Under the pieces are notes generated by a model, which searched no databases, was not told where the DNA came from, and saw nothing but the letters and a program-made list of their open reading frames with translations. The position numbers were made by a program, and so were the translations under genes. Positions 1 through 10,501 of a stretch of 64,000 bases of DNA are shown here, in pieces (position 1 is the first letter of the stretch; each line of letters starts with the position of its first letter). This DNA comes from an uncultured Actinomycetes bacterium (GTDB lineage Bacteria > Actinomycetota > Thermoleophilia > RBG-16-64-13), in contig CAWJDT010000006.1 in the NCBI GenBank assembly GCA_963841735.1, forward strand, positions 1 through 64,000. The letters are read 5' to 3'.

Positions 1-92
1 ATCCTCATGTGCATTAGGTAGTCTAGGTGCGGGGTGTTCGGCACTTGTCACGCCGAAAGTCCGAAGACTCTCTGCCCAGGAGGAGAAGTTTG

Positions 93-788
93 GTGAGCGA
101 CTCGGCCGAAACAGAGGACAAGGTCCCCAGTTTCTCGCGAGCCAGTCGTCCGCGTGAAGCCGGTCCCCGGGGTAAGAAGCGCCGGCGCAGCGGGGCGGAG
201 CGGCGCACCCAGATCGCTGAGGCGACGTTGCGGGTCATGGCACGCGATGGACTTCAGGGCACCACGGTCTCCCGCATAGCCGACGAGGTCGGCATGGAGG
301 CCCCCTCACTCTACGAGCATTTCCCCAACCGGCACGAGATGATTCTGGCCGCCATGGACATTCTCTTCGCTAGAGTCCGCAAGCATCTGACAGTGCCCTC
401 CGAGATGAACGTGCTTGACCGTCTGCGGGCCATTGCCGAAACCCACGCCACTTTCATCACCGGCGAGTTCGACGGTTTCGTCATACCAACGTTCGAGATT
501 CTCACCGCTCCCCGCGATTCCGGCCTCGCCGAACTCGCCGCCGCGAAGCAGCTGGAGACCCTAGCCACTCTGGGCGCTATCGTGGAAGAGGGCAAGCGCC
601 AGGGGACGGTGCGACAGGACGTCGACTCGAGGATGGTGGCCTACGAGATGATGCTTCTCTTCTGGGCCGAGGACGTGACCCAACTCATGGCAATTGACGA
701 GTTCGTGTCGGCGGGCATTTCCGCGAAGATCCTTGACCTCTTCCTGCGCAAGATAGCGGCCACCCCCAGCCAGGTGGGCGAGGCGTAG
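93..788 (+). CDS. TetR/AcrR family transcriptional regulator (paralogue 1)
   Basis: N-terminal HTH (QIAEATLRVMARDGLQGTTVSRIADEVGMEAPSLYEHFPNR); AGGAGG RBS at 78-83 before GTG 93. Confidence 0.9.
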   Translation: MSDSAETEDKVPSFSRASRPREAGPRGKKRRRSGAERRTQIAEATLRVMARDGLQGTTVSRIADEVGMEAPSLYEHFPNRHEMILAAMDILFARVRKHLTVPSEMNVLDRLRAIAETHATFITGEFDGFVIPTFEILTAPRDSGLAELAAAKQLETLATLGAIVEEGKRQGTVRQDVDSRMVAYEMMLLFWAEDVTQLMAIDEFVSAGISAKILDLFLRKIAATPSQVGEA

Positions 789-823
789 GGATTCGGCCCA
801 CCGTTGGGTCGTAGCCCCCTCCG

Positions 824-1978
824 CTAGCAGGACCTCGGCTCTGGCGTGAGTCCCGGACGATCCGGGTACTTGGCCGCCACCGCCACAACCGCCGGGTCGT
901 CAAGCGCCGTCAGATAGCCCCGGTCGTGGACGAGCGTGTCTCCCACTTTGAACGTCGCGGAGCGTATGTCGCCCGTGCAGTGCATCCAATACGGGTACGA
1001 GGGGGTGGTACCCAGCGGGGCGCCGATATGCGCATGGATGTTGGACGAGTGCGAATGGTCGATCACGCGCCGATAGAGCGTGCTCGGACACTGATGAGCG
1101 CAGATCGCAGCCTGCGGATGCACACCGAAGTGCAGAGTGTCGAAGGCGTAGACTCCATCCCCCACCCGGGGTCGCATCTCCTCCAGAAAGCGCTTCAGCG
1201 CCCGGGCCTCGTCGCCCCCCTCGATAGCCGTGATCTTGCTGTCGACAATGGTAAGTCGGATAGGTTCGGTGAAGTAGGGGGCGATACCTATGTACCGCGA
1301 CCACCAGCTAAGCATGCTGTCGAACACGAACTCGCCGGACACGTCGGCCAGATTCACAGGTGGATGGACCCATTCGGGCCACGGCCTATAGTAGCCGTAC
1401 TCCTCGCGCCTGACGGCGTAGTCGGGAAAGGCCGGATTGGAGCAAGGCATGATAACGCCCTTGAGGTCGGTGCCGTTTTCGTCGGTCATCTGCCAGGGCA
1501 GCCCCGGCTTGAAGGCGGCGGAGGCACGGTAACGGATCTCGCTGACGAGCTCATAGGGAGTCAGCGCCCAATTGGAGCACAGCAGGGGAGCGGTGGTGGC
1601 GAAGTTCCGCACCAGCACCACCTCCTGCTCGTTGATCCACTCTCTGTACTCCACGTGCTCTTCGGTCACCAGATCGAAGGAGTTGCTGATGAGGATGTCG
1701 CACGCCGCTATCGCCGCCTTGGCAATAGGCGGAAGGCGCCAGGCATGGACCCTCGCCGGTTCGTCTATCCAGAGCACAGCGGCGTTTGCCCCCCGGAAGT
1801 TGACGCCCGACTCGATCCACGAGATGGCCCGCTCGTCGACCAGGTTGTCCCCTCCGTGCAGACCGTCGACATGAGCGAGTATCAGGACCTCGTCCCCCGG
1901 CTTGATGCGGGCACAACCGTCCAACATGTCGCAGATGGCAGTCGCCGCGTTCCTGGGAATGGCGTTTGTGGCGCTCAC
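824..1978 (-). CDS. M29 aminopeptidase-fold / NicX-like metalloprotein, function unknown
   Basis: IKPGDEVLIL N-terminus, PIRLTIVDSKITAIEGG, LHFGVHPQA, NIHAHIG and ATFKVGDTLVHDRG resemble the aminopeptidase T/NicX fold; RBS before GTG 1978. Confidence 0.6.
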   Translation of the reverse strand: MSATNAIPRNAATAICDMLDGCARIKPGDEVLILAHVDGLHGGDNLVDERAISWIESGVNFRGANAAVLWIDEPARVHAWRLPPIAKAAIAACDILISNSFDLVTEEHVEYREWINEQEVVLVRNFATTAPLLCSNWALTPYELVSEIRYRASAAFKPGLPWQMTDENGTDLKGVIMPCSNPAFPDYAVRREEYGYYRPWPEWVHPPVNLADVSGEFVFDSMLSWWSRYIGIAPYFTEPIRLTIVDSKITAIEGGDEARALKRFLEEMRPRVGDGVYAFDTLHFGVHPQAAICAHQCPSTLYRRVIDHSHSSNIHAHIGAPLGTTPSYPYWMHCTGDIRSATFKVGDTLVHDRGYLTALDDPAVVAVAAKYPDRPGLTPEPRSC

Positions 1979-2038
1979 CCTCGCTCTCCTTCCTCCCCGC
2001 TTGCGTCGGGCGGCCTCTTGGCGCACCCAGTTCTGTGC

Positions 2039-2683
2039 TCACAAGGTATCGATGTACTCCCCAACTGCTTTCAGCATGTAGTACACGGCCGTCGCGCCGC
2101 CGTCCTGGACGCCCACGCTCTTCTCCTGGAACGCCCTAGCCTTGCCACATTTCGCGACCATGCTCGTGGTGGCCCTCATCCCCTCCTCGGCGGCGCGCAC
2201 AGCCGCCCACACCGCCGCCCGCTCCTCGCTGCTTTTGCCCCATTCGGCCTTCAAAGCCTCTACCGCGGGAACTAGGGCATCCAGCAGCGTCTTGTCTCCC
2301 ACAGAGGCCTTGCCCCTGCTTTTGATGCTTTCAACCGCGGCCTCGCCTATGGCGACCCAGTCGGCGATGTCCACGGAGGTCTTGCCCATGACGACTTTTC
2401 CTCCGCCCATGAACCCAGAGGCGATGATGGTGCCGAAGGTGGAGGGATTGGCCCGGTTGACCGCCATGCCGCACTGCATCAGCAGCCGCCCGATGTCGGC
2501 CTCCGCTGATGATTCCGCGAACTCGATCAGGGCCTTGGCCATCAGTCCCACCGTGACTCCCAGATCACCGTCGCCCATCTTGGCGTCAAGCTCACGTATC
2601 TCCTCGGCGTGTTCCGCAAGAGCGGGAGCCACCGCGAGAAGCAGCCCGCGAAGAGCCTTACTGTCAAGCGTGAGCGCCTTCAT
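2039..2683 (-). CDS. dhaL: Dihydroxyacetone kinase subunit L (DAK2 domain)
   Basis: LDAKMGDGDLG, GKASVGDKTLLDAL, KCGKAR and QDGGA motifs; ATGA overlap with dhaK stop. Confidence 0.85.
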   Translation of the reverse strand: MKALTLDSKALRGLLLAVAPALAEHAEEIRELDAKMGDGDLGVTVGLMAKALIEFAESSAEADIGRLLMQCGMAVNRANPSTFGTIIASGFMGGGKVVMGKTSVDIADWVAIGEAAVESIKSRGKASVGDKTLLDALVPAVEALKAEWGKSSEERAAVWAAVRAAEEGMRATTSMVAKCGKARAFQEKSVGVQDGGATAVYYMLKAVGEYIDTL

Positions 2684-3693
2684 GCTCGTGGCCACTGCAG
2701 CAGGAACGGTGAATACGCCGGGGCGTCAAGCAGCGTCGTCAGCTCTTCGTCGAGTTTGAACAAGGAGATGGACGCGCCCGCCATCTCCATGGAGGTCGCG
2801 TATTCACCGACGTACGTCGCGGTGGATCGCTGATGCCTTGCTCTTGCAGAATGTCGTGCACCTTGCTGTAGAGAATGAAGAGTTCTTCAGGTGGAGTAGC
2901 ACCCAGACCGTTGACCAACACCGCCACCTTGTCACCCGACTCGAAGGGCAGGTCGGCGAGGAGCTTCTGGGTCACGATGGTGGCGACTTCGTTCGCCGTC
3001 TTGAGCTTGGTGCGCTCGATGCCCGGCTCTCCGTGGATGCCCATGCCCAGTTCCATCTCGTCGTCGGCAATGGTGAAGGTGGGTTTTCCCACCGCGGGGA
3101 TTATGCACGGACTTAGCGAGAACCCCATGGTGCAGGTGTTCTCGATGGCGCGATCGGTCACCGCCTTGACTTCGTCGAGGCTGGCCATGGTGTCGGCCTT
3201 GGCCCCGGCGATCTTGTAGGCGAAAAAGATGCCGGCCACGCCCCGCCTGTACCGGCTCTCCGCACGCGGGGCCGAGGCCACGTCGTCCGCGGCGATGCAG
3301 GTCTGCACGGTGATGCCCTCGAGTGCGGCCATCTCCGCGGCCATCTCGAAGTTCATGATGTCGCCCTGGTAGTTGCCAAACAGGTAGAGCACCCCGGCGC
3401 CGCCGTCGACCTCCTTGGTCGCCGCCAACATGTCATCGGCGCTCGGGCGAGGAGAAGACGTTGCCCACGCTCACCCCGTCGAGTAGGCCCGGGCCGACGT
3501 AGCCCAGGAACACGGGGATGTGGCCCGAACCTCCACCCGTGCAGATGCCCACTTTGCCCTTGACCGGCGCATCGGCCCGCACCAAAGCCCGGCCACTGTC
3601 TCGCGACGCTCTCAGATGGAACGGATACGCCTTAAGGATGCCCGCGAGCGTGTCCTCGACCACGGCATGCGGATCGTTGATCAGCTTCTTCAT
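2680..3693 (-). CDS. dhaK: Dihydroxyacetone kinase subunit K (DAK1); apparent frameshifts near 3445 and 2825
   Basis: MKKLINDP, GGGSGHIP, GNVFSSP, GNYQGD, RRGVAG, GMGIHGEPG; C-terminal TSMEMAGAS in a different frame. Confidence 0.85.
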
Positions 3694-3708
3694 CTCTGCC
3701 CCTCTCCC

Positions 3709-4474
3709 CTACTGGGCGGTGTAGCCCCCGTCGATCACCAGCTCAGACCCGGTGGCGAATTTGGACTCGTCGGACGCAAGATACAACACCGCATAGGCCA
3801 CATCCTCTGGCTCTCCCAGGTGACCCACCGGGTGGAGGTTGTTGATGATGGCCGCCATTTCTGGTTTCTTCAGCAGAGGCTCCAGTAGAGCGGTGCGCAC
3901 ACACCCAGGGTGGATGGAGTTGACCCGGATGTTGTAGTCGCGCCCCGTCTTCGAGCACTCCAGCGCGGCAGCCTTGGTGAGTAGCCTGACCCCGCCCTTG
4001 CTGGCGTTGTAGGCGGCGGCCCATAGCTGGCCCACGATCCCCCCGGCCGAAGAGATGTTGATGATCGAACCGCCGCCGGTCTTCTTCATGGCGCCGATGG
4101 CGTACTTGACCCCGAGGAACACGCCATCGAGGTTGATGCTCATCAGCCAGCGCCATTCCTCCAGTGTGGTCGACTCGATGTCCTTGTTCACGGTGACACC
4201 GGCGTTGTTCACGAGCACGTCCAGCCTGCCAAAGCGCTCCACCGTGCCGGCGATCACTCGCTGCCAGTCGGCCTCCCCGGCCACATCGTGTTTCATGAAG
4301 ACGCAGATGCCACCCCGCTCGAACGATCTCCTGGGCTATCCGGACACCGGCCATCTCGTTGACATCGGTCATCACTACCTTGGCGCCTTCTTCCGCCAGC
4401 AGGCGGGCCGACGCCTCCCCCATGCCGCTGGCGGCCCCGGTGATGATGGCTACCTTGTCCTTGACTCGGTTCAT
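3709..4474 (-). CDS. Short-chain dehydrogenase/reductase (classical SDR); frameshift near 4310
   Basis: TGAASGMG in ORF 3743-4474; NNAG, YNASK and VIDGG in ORF 3709-4296. Confidence 0.85.
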
Positions 4475-5463
4475 ACGTAGGCCCCCTTGTACTCGTAGGG
4501 AGCCATGCCGTTGGCCACCCGATACTCAGCCGCGGTCATGGGCTCCCGGCCAAGGAGCCTTGCTAGCGCCACGTGCTGCTCCACGGCGTCCCGGCACGAC
4601 GACGATCTTGTCGTCCTTGTGCGGCACCACGTGGATGGCGTCTTCTTTGCCCACCCGGACGTTACATCCCAGCAGGATGGCCAACGTCGACAGGTAAGAG
4701 GAGGCCCGGCCCGCCTGGCACACAGTGATGAAGGGACTGCTGGAGGGGTCGACGTCGCGGATGCGTCTGATGATGCCCACGAGCGTCTCCGCCATGCCCA
4801 GCGGATCCCACATCGGGAGCGCCGCCCGGCGTGCCTATGCAGACGCCCCAACAGAACGGGGGCTTGACGATACCGGGCTTGATGATCCACCGGTACGTGT
4901 TGTCGATATCGCCGGCGTTGTATACAGCCAACGTGACCTTCTTGCCGCAGGCCTGGATCACCTCGGCGGTCGCCCGGCAGGTCTGCGGCGGCAGGCAGAA
5001 CAGGGCATCACCGATGAAGTCGGCCATGCAGTTCACCGCGGCGTTCTCCAGGTAGTCCTCCACGAGCGGCTGCATCATGGTCTCGAAGTCCGGCCCCGTG
5101 TTGGACTCGCCCTCGATGTAGATAGTGTCCCCGAAGCGCTCGCGCAGCGCGTTGATCACCTTGAGAGTCATAGTCCGGTCGCACGGACGGGTTGCCTTCT
5201 TCGTCGCGCACGTGAATGTGGACACCGCAGGCGCCAGCTTCGACCGATTCGATGCACTCTTTGATTATCTCGTCAGGCGTGTAGGGCTGGTAGGGGTTTT
5301 GGTCCCGCTTGACGAACGCCCCCACCGGCGCCACCGTGATGCCAACCTTCTCCGGGATGTCCCATTTGTCGTGATAGGACATATCCATGATGGTGTCTTT
5401 GGCAAAGGGGATGAACATGTAGGGCGGCACGTCCCTGTATTTGGAAAAATCGATCTCGTGCAT
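4471..5463 (-). CDS. BKACE / DUF849 beta-keto acid cleavage enzyme family; several frameshifts
   Basis: ITVAPVGA..NPYQPYTPDEII..AGACGVHIHVRD and LGCNVRVGKED spread over overlapping frames. Confidence 0.8.
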
Positions 5464-5488
5464 CAGATCGTTCTCCTCTCGCTCACCT

Positions 5489-6199
5489 TCAATTCTCGCT
5501 CTGTCCCCGCCCAGAGACGCCGATGTACTCTTCAAGAACGGCGCGGTCATCAGCCAACTCGGCGCTGGCACCCTGGTAGACGATCTCCCCCTTGTGCATC
5601 ACGTATGCGTAGTCGCTGGTCCCCAGGGCCAGGGACAGGTTCTGTTCCACCAATAGGACCGAGAGCCCCATCTCTTTGAGCTTCAGGACGATCTCGCCTA
5701 CTTCTTGCACGATCCTCGGAGCCAGCCCTTCGGAGGGCTCGTCCAACAGCAGCAACTTGGGATTCGCAAGCAAGGCCCGGGCTATGGCCAGCATCTGTTG
5801 TTCGCCCCCGCTCAACTGGTTGCCTTTGTGCTTCGACCTTGCTTTCAGAACGGGGAAATACTCGTAGATGCTTTCCAGCGTGGACCCTTTCCCCCGCATG
5901 CCCATGGTTAGGTTCTCCTTGACGCTGAGCGACGCAAATATCTGACGACCCTGCGGCACTAGGGCTACCCCTTGGCGCGCGATGCGGAAATGCTTCAGAC
6001 GCGTTATGTCCTTGCCCTCGAACGTGATGGATCCGGCGCGAGGCGGCGTCAGCCCCATGATGGAGCGCACGGTGGTGGTCTTCCCCATGCCGTTGCGTCC
6101 GAGAAGAGCGACTATCTTGCCCTCCTGCACGGTCAAAGAGACGTTCCGCAAAATCTGGGTCTGGCCGTAGTACGTATCGATGCTCACAAGCTCAAGCAC
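5489..6199 (-). CDS. livF: Branched-chain amino acid-type ABC transporter ATPase (LivF-like)
   Basis: GRNGMGKT, LSGGEQQML, LLLDEPSEGLAP. Confidence 0.9.
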   Translation of the reverse strand: MLELVSIDTYYGQTQILRNVSLTVQEGKIVALLGRNGMGKTTTVRSIMGLTPPRAGSITFEGKDITRLKHFRIARQGVALVPQGRQIFASLSVKENLTMGMRGKGSTLESIYEYFPVLKARSKHKGNQLSGGEQQMLAIARALLANPKLLLLDEPSEGLAPRIVQEVGEIVLKLKEMGLSVLLVEQNLSLALGTSDYAYVMHKGEIVYQGASAELADDRAVLEEYIGVSGRGQSEN

Positions 6200-6950
6200 G
6201 GTAAGCCTCCGACCCGAAGTAGATCTCCCTGACCTTCTCGTTCGTCTGGATCTCCTGGGCAGTGCCCTCCGCAAAGATAGTGCCGTAGTAGAGCACCAGA
6301 ATTCGATCGGCCACCCCGAAGACTAGGTCCATGTCGTGGGCCACAAACAGGATCGCCACATGCTCGTAGGCCGGCAGTCGCAGCAACTTGGCGAGGGCGG
6401 TTGATTCTTCGGTCGACAGGCCGGCACTCGGTTCGTCCAACAGCAGGACCTTCGGATGGGAAGCCAAGGCCAAGGTGAGCTCTAGACGTCTTTGCTGTCC
6501 ATAGGAGATCTCAGTAGGCAGAAGAGCACGCTCATCCCACAGGTCAACCGAGTCGAGCAGCTGCTTTGCGGCGACGTTCACGGACTTGAACGAAGTGATG
6601 CTCCGCAACATGTGGTAGCTCGCCCTTTGCACCCCAAGCAAGGCCAGTAGGACGTTGTGCAAGATGCTGAGTTCCGGAAAGAGACTGGTGATCTGGAAAC
6701 TCCGGCCCATACCGAGAGCGATCCTGCGCTGCACCGGGAGCTTCGTAATGTCTTGCTCCGCTAGGTAGACACTCCCCGAAGTGGGAGCGAGCATGCCCGT
6801 GATCACGTTCAGCGCCGTTGTCTTGCCGGCCCCGTTGGGTCCGATCAGCGCCACCTTCTCCCCTGCCGCGACAGCGAAACTGATGCCTTGCAGTACCGTG
6901 AGACCGCCGTAGGCCTGGATCACATTGTCAATCTTGAGCATGGCAGTCAT
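6192..6950 (-). CDS. livG: ABC transporter ATPase (LivG-like)
   Basis: GPNGAGKT, RSFQITSLF, ISYGQQR, LLLDEPSAG. Confidence 0.9.
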   Translation of the reverse strand: MTAMLKIDNVIQAYGGLTVLQGISFAVAAGEKVALIGPNGAGKTTALNVITGMLAPTSGSVYLAEQDITKLPVQRRIALGMGRSFQITSLFPELSILHNVLLALLGVQRASYHMLRSITSFKSVNVAAKQLLDSVDLWDERALLPTEISYGQQRRLELTLALASHPKVLLLDEPSAGLSTEESTALAKLLRLPAYEHVAILFVAHDMDLVFGVADRILVLYYGTIFAEGTAQEIQTNEKVREIYFGSEAYRA

Positions 6951-6951
6951 C

Positions 6952-8028
6952 TCAGGAAGCCTCATCGCGGCAAGACACCTCATCCGGTGCCGCCTCGAGG
7001 CGATTGTCCCCGTTCTCTTGGCACCGACAGACCCGCTTCCACAACTTCGCGCAACGGGGGAAGATGCCGTCCTTGGCAAAGAACACAGCGGCGATGAAAA
7101 GGCAGCCAAGGATCAACGGCCACCGAGCCGGCGTGTACAAGCTTATTAGATACTGAAGAAACAGGATCACCGCACTGCCGATCGCCGCCCCCCAAAGCGT
7201 GCCCACGCCGCCGATGATCACCATCATGATAACCAGACCGGAGTAGTCCAGACCCACCTCGCTGGGCGTGATGTTCTGCCTGTAGTAGACGTAGAGCACC
7301 CCAGCCACGCCGGCGAAGAAGCCGCTCACTATGAAGGCCAGGAAACGCCGCCGCCAAGTGTTGTAGCCAAGAGCCTTGGCCCTCACCTCGTTATCCCGGA
7401 TGCCCATGAGGCTGTACCCGAACGGTGACTTGATGACCCGGTGGAGCAGCACGGCCCCGATGACCACCGCCGCAAGAGCGAAGTAGTAGTAGCTCCTCTC
7501 GGTGAAGTGAGCGCCAACGCCCAGATCTGGGTAGGAGATGCCGGTGAGGCCGTTGGACCCTCCGGTGTACTTGGAGGTGGTATACACGGCCACATAGATC
7601 AGTTGGCCAAACGCAAACGTGATCAGCATGAAGTAGATCTCTTTGGAACGCAGACCAAACACGCCGAACAGCGCGGCCGTGACAACCGCAACCGCTACTC
7701 CGCAGGGAGCCACCACCCAGAAGTTGGTGATACCTACCTTCACCACAAGGATGGCTACAGTGTAAGCGGCGACTCCGAACAGGCCCGCATGCCCAAAACA
7801 CCACAGGCCCGAGTACCCGAAGACCAGATCAAGACTCATCGCCAGGAGAGCGAAGATGATGATCTTGGTGAACAGACTGACCCAGTCCGCACGCATGAAA
7901 AGGGGGAGCGTCAGCAGAAACACGAGAATGACGGCCGTCGGACTGAAATATGCCAGCCGTCTACCGAGATGCGACGGCAGCGCCCGGCCGGCAGCGGAAG
8001 AGCCATCTGTGGGACGCCTCTCGCTCAC
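6952..8028 (-). CDS. livM: ABC transporter permease (LivM-like)
   Basis: Hydrophobic helices; YFMLITFAF, TGGSNG, SPFGYSLMGIRDNE, GGVGTLWG. Confidence 0.9.
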   Translation of the reverse strand: MSERRPTDGSSAAGRALPSHLGRRLAYFSPTAVILVFLLTLPLFMRADWVSLFTKIIIFALLAMSLDLVFGYSGLWCFGHAGLFGVAAYTVAILVVKVGITNFWVVAPCGVAVAVVTAALFGVFGLRSKEIYFMLITFAFGQLIYVAVYTTSKYTGGSNGLTGISYPDLGVGAHFTERSYYYFALAAVVIGAVLLHRVIKSPFGYSLMGIRDNEVRAKALGYNTWRRRFLAFIVSGFFAGVAGVLYVYYRQNITPSEVGLDYSGLVIMMVIIGGVGTLWGAAIGSAVILFLQYLISLYTPARWPLILGCLFIAAVFFAKDGIFPRCAKLWKRVCRCQENGDNRLEAAPDEVSCRDEAS

Positions 8029-8879
8029 TTCTTGCCAAGCAATCCGGTGGGCCGGAACATGATCACCAGCGCCATCAGAAGGTACATGATGTACAAGGCC
8101 AACGGGGGATAGAACGTCTTCGCGAGGGACTCACACACGCCTATGATCAGCGCGCCTGCCAAAGCTCCCTGCACCGAGCCCACACCGCCGATGATGCACA
8201 CGGCGATCGCCAGGAAAGTGTAATTTCCCCCGGTGAAGTAAGAAATCCCGCCGATGACCCCTGTTCCGAGAACGCCCGCCAGACCCGACAGGCAAGAGGC
8301 CACAAAGAAAGCTCCGATGTTCACCGCCATCAGGTTGATACCCATGGCGTTCACCATCTCGGGCTTCTCCATGCCCGCCCGTACGATCGCCCCCACTCTG
8401 GTGCGCTCCTGGGCCCAGTAGAGAGCCCCGCATAGGAGCAGGCCGACGCCGATGATCATGATGCGGTAGTAGCTGAAGTTGTACGGTCCTATGGGGACTG
8501 AGTTCATCAACAATTTGGGAATGGGCAGTGCCTTCGGAATAGGCCCATAGAACCAGAGGTGCAGATTGGTGATGACGTAGATGAAGCCGAAACAAACGAG
8601 TATTTGAGACAGTTGCTTGGCGTAGAGCGTGCGGAGGAACCCCCGCTCTATGATCAATCCCGCGACTCCACCGGCGAGGACACCCACCACCAAGCCAAGC
8701 CAGAAACTCCCGCTGGACTTAGCGACCTCTATGCCGGCATACGCGGCCAGCATGAAGAGCATTCCGTGTGCCAGGTTCACGACGTTCATGAGCCCGAACA
8801 CTATGGAAACACCCGCGGCCAAGAGGAACAGGACCATCCCGTAGGAGATCCCGGATAGGATCGAGTAGGCTGCACTCAT
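8025..8879 (-). CDS. livH: ABC transporter permease (LivH-like)
   Basis: GLMNVVNLAHG, TRVGAIVRA, IIGGVGS, FRPTGLLG. Confidence 0.9.
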   Translation of the reverse strand: MSAAYSILSGISYGMVLFLLAAGVSIVFGLMNVVNLAHGMLFMLAAYAGIEVAKSSGSFWLGLVVGVLAGGVAGLIIERGFLRTLYAKQLSQILVCFGFIYVITNLHLWFYGPIPKALPIPKLLMNSVPIGPYNFSYYRIMIIGVGLLLCGALYWAQERTRVGAIVRAGMEKPEMVNAMGINLMAVNIGAFFVASCLSGLAGVLGTGVIGGISYFTGGNYTFLAIAVCIIGGVGSVQGALAGALIIGVCESLAKTFYPPLALYIMYLLMALVIMFRPTGLLGKK

Positions 8880-8950
8880 TCTGAGGTCAGGCCCTCTCGG
8901 GGCTTGTGCCCCCTCCGAGAGAAACGGCCAGGACCTTCGGCGAATACCGC

Positions 8951-9021
8951 GTGCCACGGGTCTCGCCCTGAGCCACCTCGCCGAGGCGGTGGAATGGACT
9001 CTGGGTGAAGACCCGTGGCAC
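8951..9021. terminator. Intercistronic stem-loop between binding-protein gene and permease (partial terminator or mRNA stabiliser)
   Basis: GTGCCACGGGTCT ... AGACCCGTGGCAC inverted repeat. Confidence 0.55.
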
Positions 9022-9077
9022 TCTATCTCCCGTTCCTAGACAGTCAGCAGTTGCTTTTGGCTTTCGGCGTGATCAGG

Positions 9078-10364
9078 CTACTTGAGTATCGAGAGTACCG
9101 GGGCGCCCGCAGCGTCGTGCGACTCCTGGACCTCGATGATCTTGACCGTCGCCGGCTCCAACTGGGCGTCCACCTTCATTATGACAATGTTGCCCGCTGC
9201 GATGTTGTTCTCTGCGACCGGGAAGATGACCGGACCGCAGACGGTATCGACGTTGCCCGCCTTGAGGGCAGCCTTGAGCGCCGCCGGCGTCGTATCACCG
9301 TTGGTGGCCTCCAGGGCCGCCAGGATGTACTGCATCGACGCGTAGCCGCAGCCGGCGAAGACGCCCGGCTTCATGCCGTATTTGGCTTCATAGGCGGCGA
9401 CGAACTCGGCGTTGCCCGGCGTATCCATGAGATAGGTATAGAGAGTACCGGCCACGCAACCCTCGGCGGCGGGCAGGTCTTTCAGGGCCTTCGGATCGGC
9501 CGTGAGGCCACCGTCTTCAGGCTGGATCATCGGCATGGTCAAACCGGATTCTTTGTACTGCGGGAACCCGGAGAGCCCGTCGGTGCCCGGCCACCACGTA
9601 GCCACGGCGTCAACCTGCGGCATGCTGGCGAAGAACGGCAGGAAGTCGGTCGTGCCGGGGGCGTAGTAGGTCTCGTAGGGCACCGTTCCACCCAGGTTCT
9701 TGAAGGCCGTGAGGAAGCCGCCCAGGAAGGTCCTGCCGGCATCCATGTCGGCACCCAAGCCGGCAAACGACTTGTATCCCAGGTCGTTGTACGCATAGTC
9801 GGCCACGGCATAGCCGTACATCATGCCGGAGCCGTGTGGCATGAAGTTCCACTCAGCCCCTGATCCCGCGACCACTTCTTCAGTAGGCGCCAGCTCGACA
9901 CGGGGCCTCTGCTTTTCGTCCATGTACCCGGTGATCGCCGCATCGCCCATGCCGTTGACGGGACCTAGCACCATGCACACATTGTCGGTCTCGACCAGCT
10001 TCTTCGCCTTGTCCATGGCAACGGCTCCGTCAGTGGCGGCGTCCTCGACTAGGAGCTCGATGGGATGTCCGGCTACCTGGTTACCGGCCAGTTCGAGGCA
10101 CAATTCCATGCCCTTCTGGTTGTCTGTCCCCGTCCAGGCGAGGAATCCGGTCAGGTCCAGGAGTGCGCCGATCTTGATCGGCTCACCTACCGCGGCGGTC
10201 GTCTCGGTGGAGACCGCCGTGGTCCCGGTGGAGATCGCCGTGGTCCCTGAGGTCGTCGCCGCGGTAGTCGTGGTTGTGTCCCCACCACATGCAACTACGG
10301 TTACTACAAGAAGTGATGCGACAATCGCGAGTACCAGCAGCATTAGTGGTTTGCACATCTTCAT
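9078..10364 (-). CDS. ABC transporter substrate-binding lipoprotein (LivJ/K, Peripla_BP_6)
   Basis: Lipobox VVAC, Thr-rich linker, PIKIGALLDLTG, PIELLVED. Confidence 0.9.
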   Translation of the reverse strand: MKMCKPLMLLVLAIVASLLVVTVVACGGDTTTTTAATTSGTTAISTGTTAVSTETTAAVGEPIKIGALLDLTGFLAWTGTDNQKGMELCLELAGNQVAGHPIELLVEDAATDGAVAMDKAKKLVETDNVCMVLGPVNGMGDAAITGYMDEKQRPRVELAPTEEVVAGSGAEWNFMPHGSGMMYGYAVADYAYNDLGYKSFAGLGADMDAGRTFLGGFLTAFKNLGGTVPYETYYAPGTTDFLPFFASMPQVDAVATWWPGTDGLSGFPQYKESGLTMPMIQPEDGGLTADPKALKDLPAAEGCVAGTLYTYLMDTPGNAEFVAAYEAKYGMKPGVFAGCGYASMQYILAALEATNGDTTPAALKAALKAGNVDTVCGPVIFPVAENNIAAGNIVIMKVDAQLEPATVKIIEVQESHDAAGAPVLSILK

Positions 10365-10406
10365 CTCTCACCTCTCCCTGATCGCTCTGTCCAGCCCATT
10401 TGGTTC

Positions 10407-10464
10407 CTAACGCACGTTAGTTAGGTCCCGAACACATGTTAGGGGCTGCCATGGGTCTTGTCAA
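10407..10464 (-). promoter_or_regulatory. Sigma70-type promoter plus palindromic operator for the ABC/BKACE/dha operon
   Basis: TTGACA-17-TAACAT (10464-10436); CTAACGCACGTTAG at 10407-10420. Confidence 0.7.
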
Positions 10465-10501
10465 GAACGTTTTTCGGCACAAGCGGAGAACCATGGCGCG
10501 G

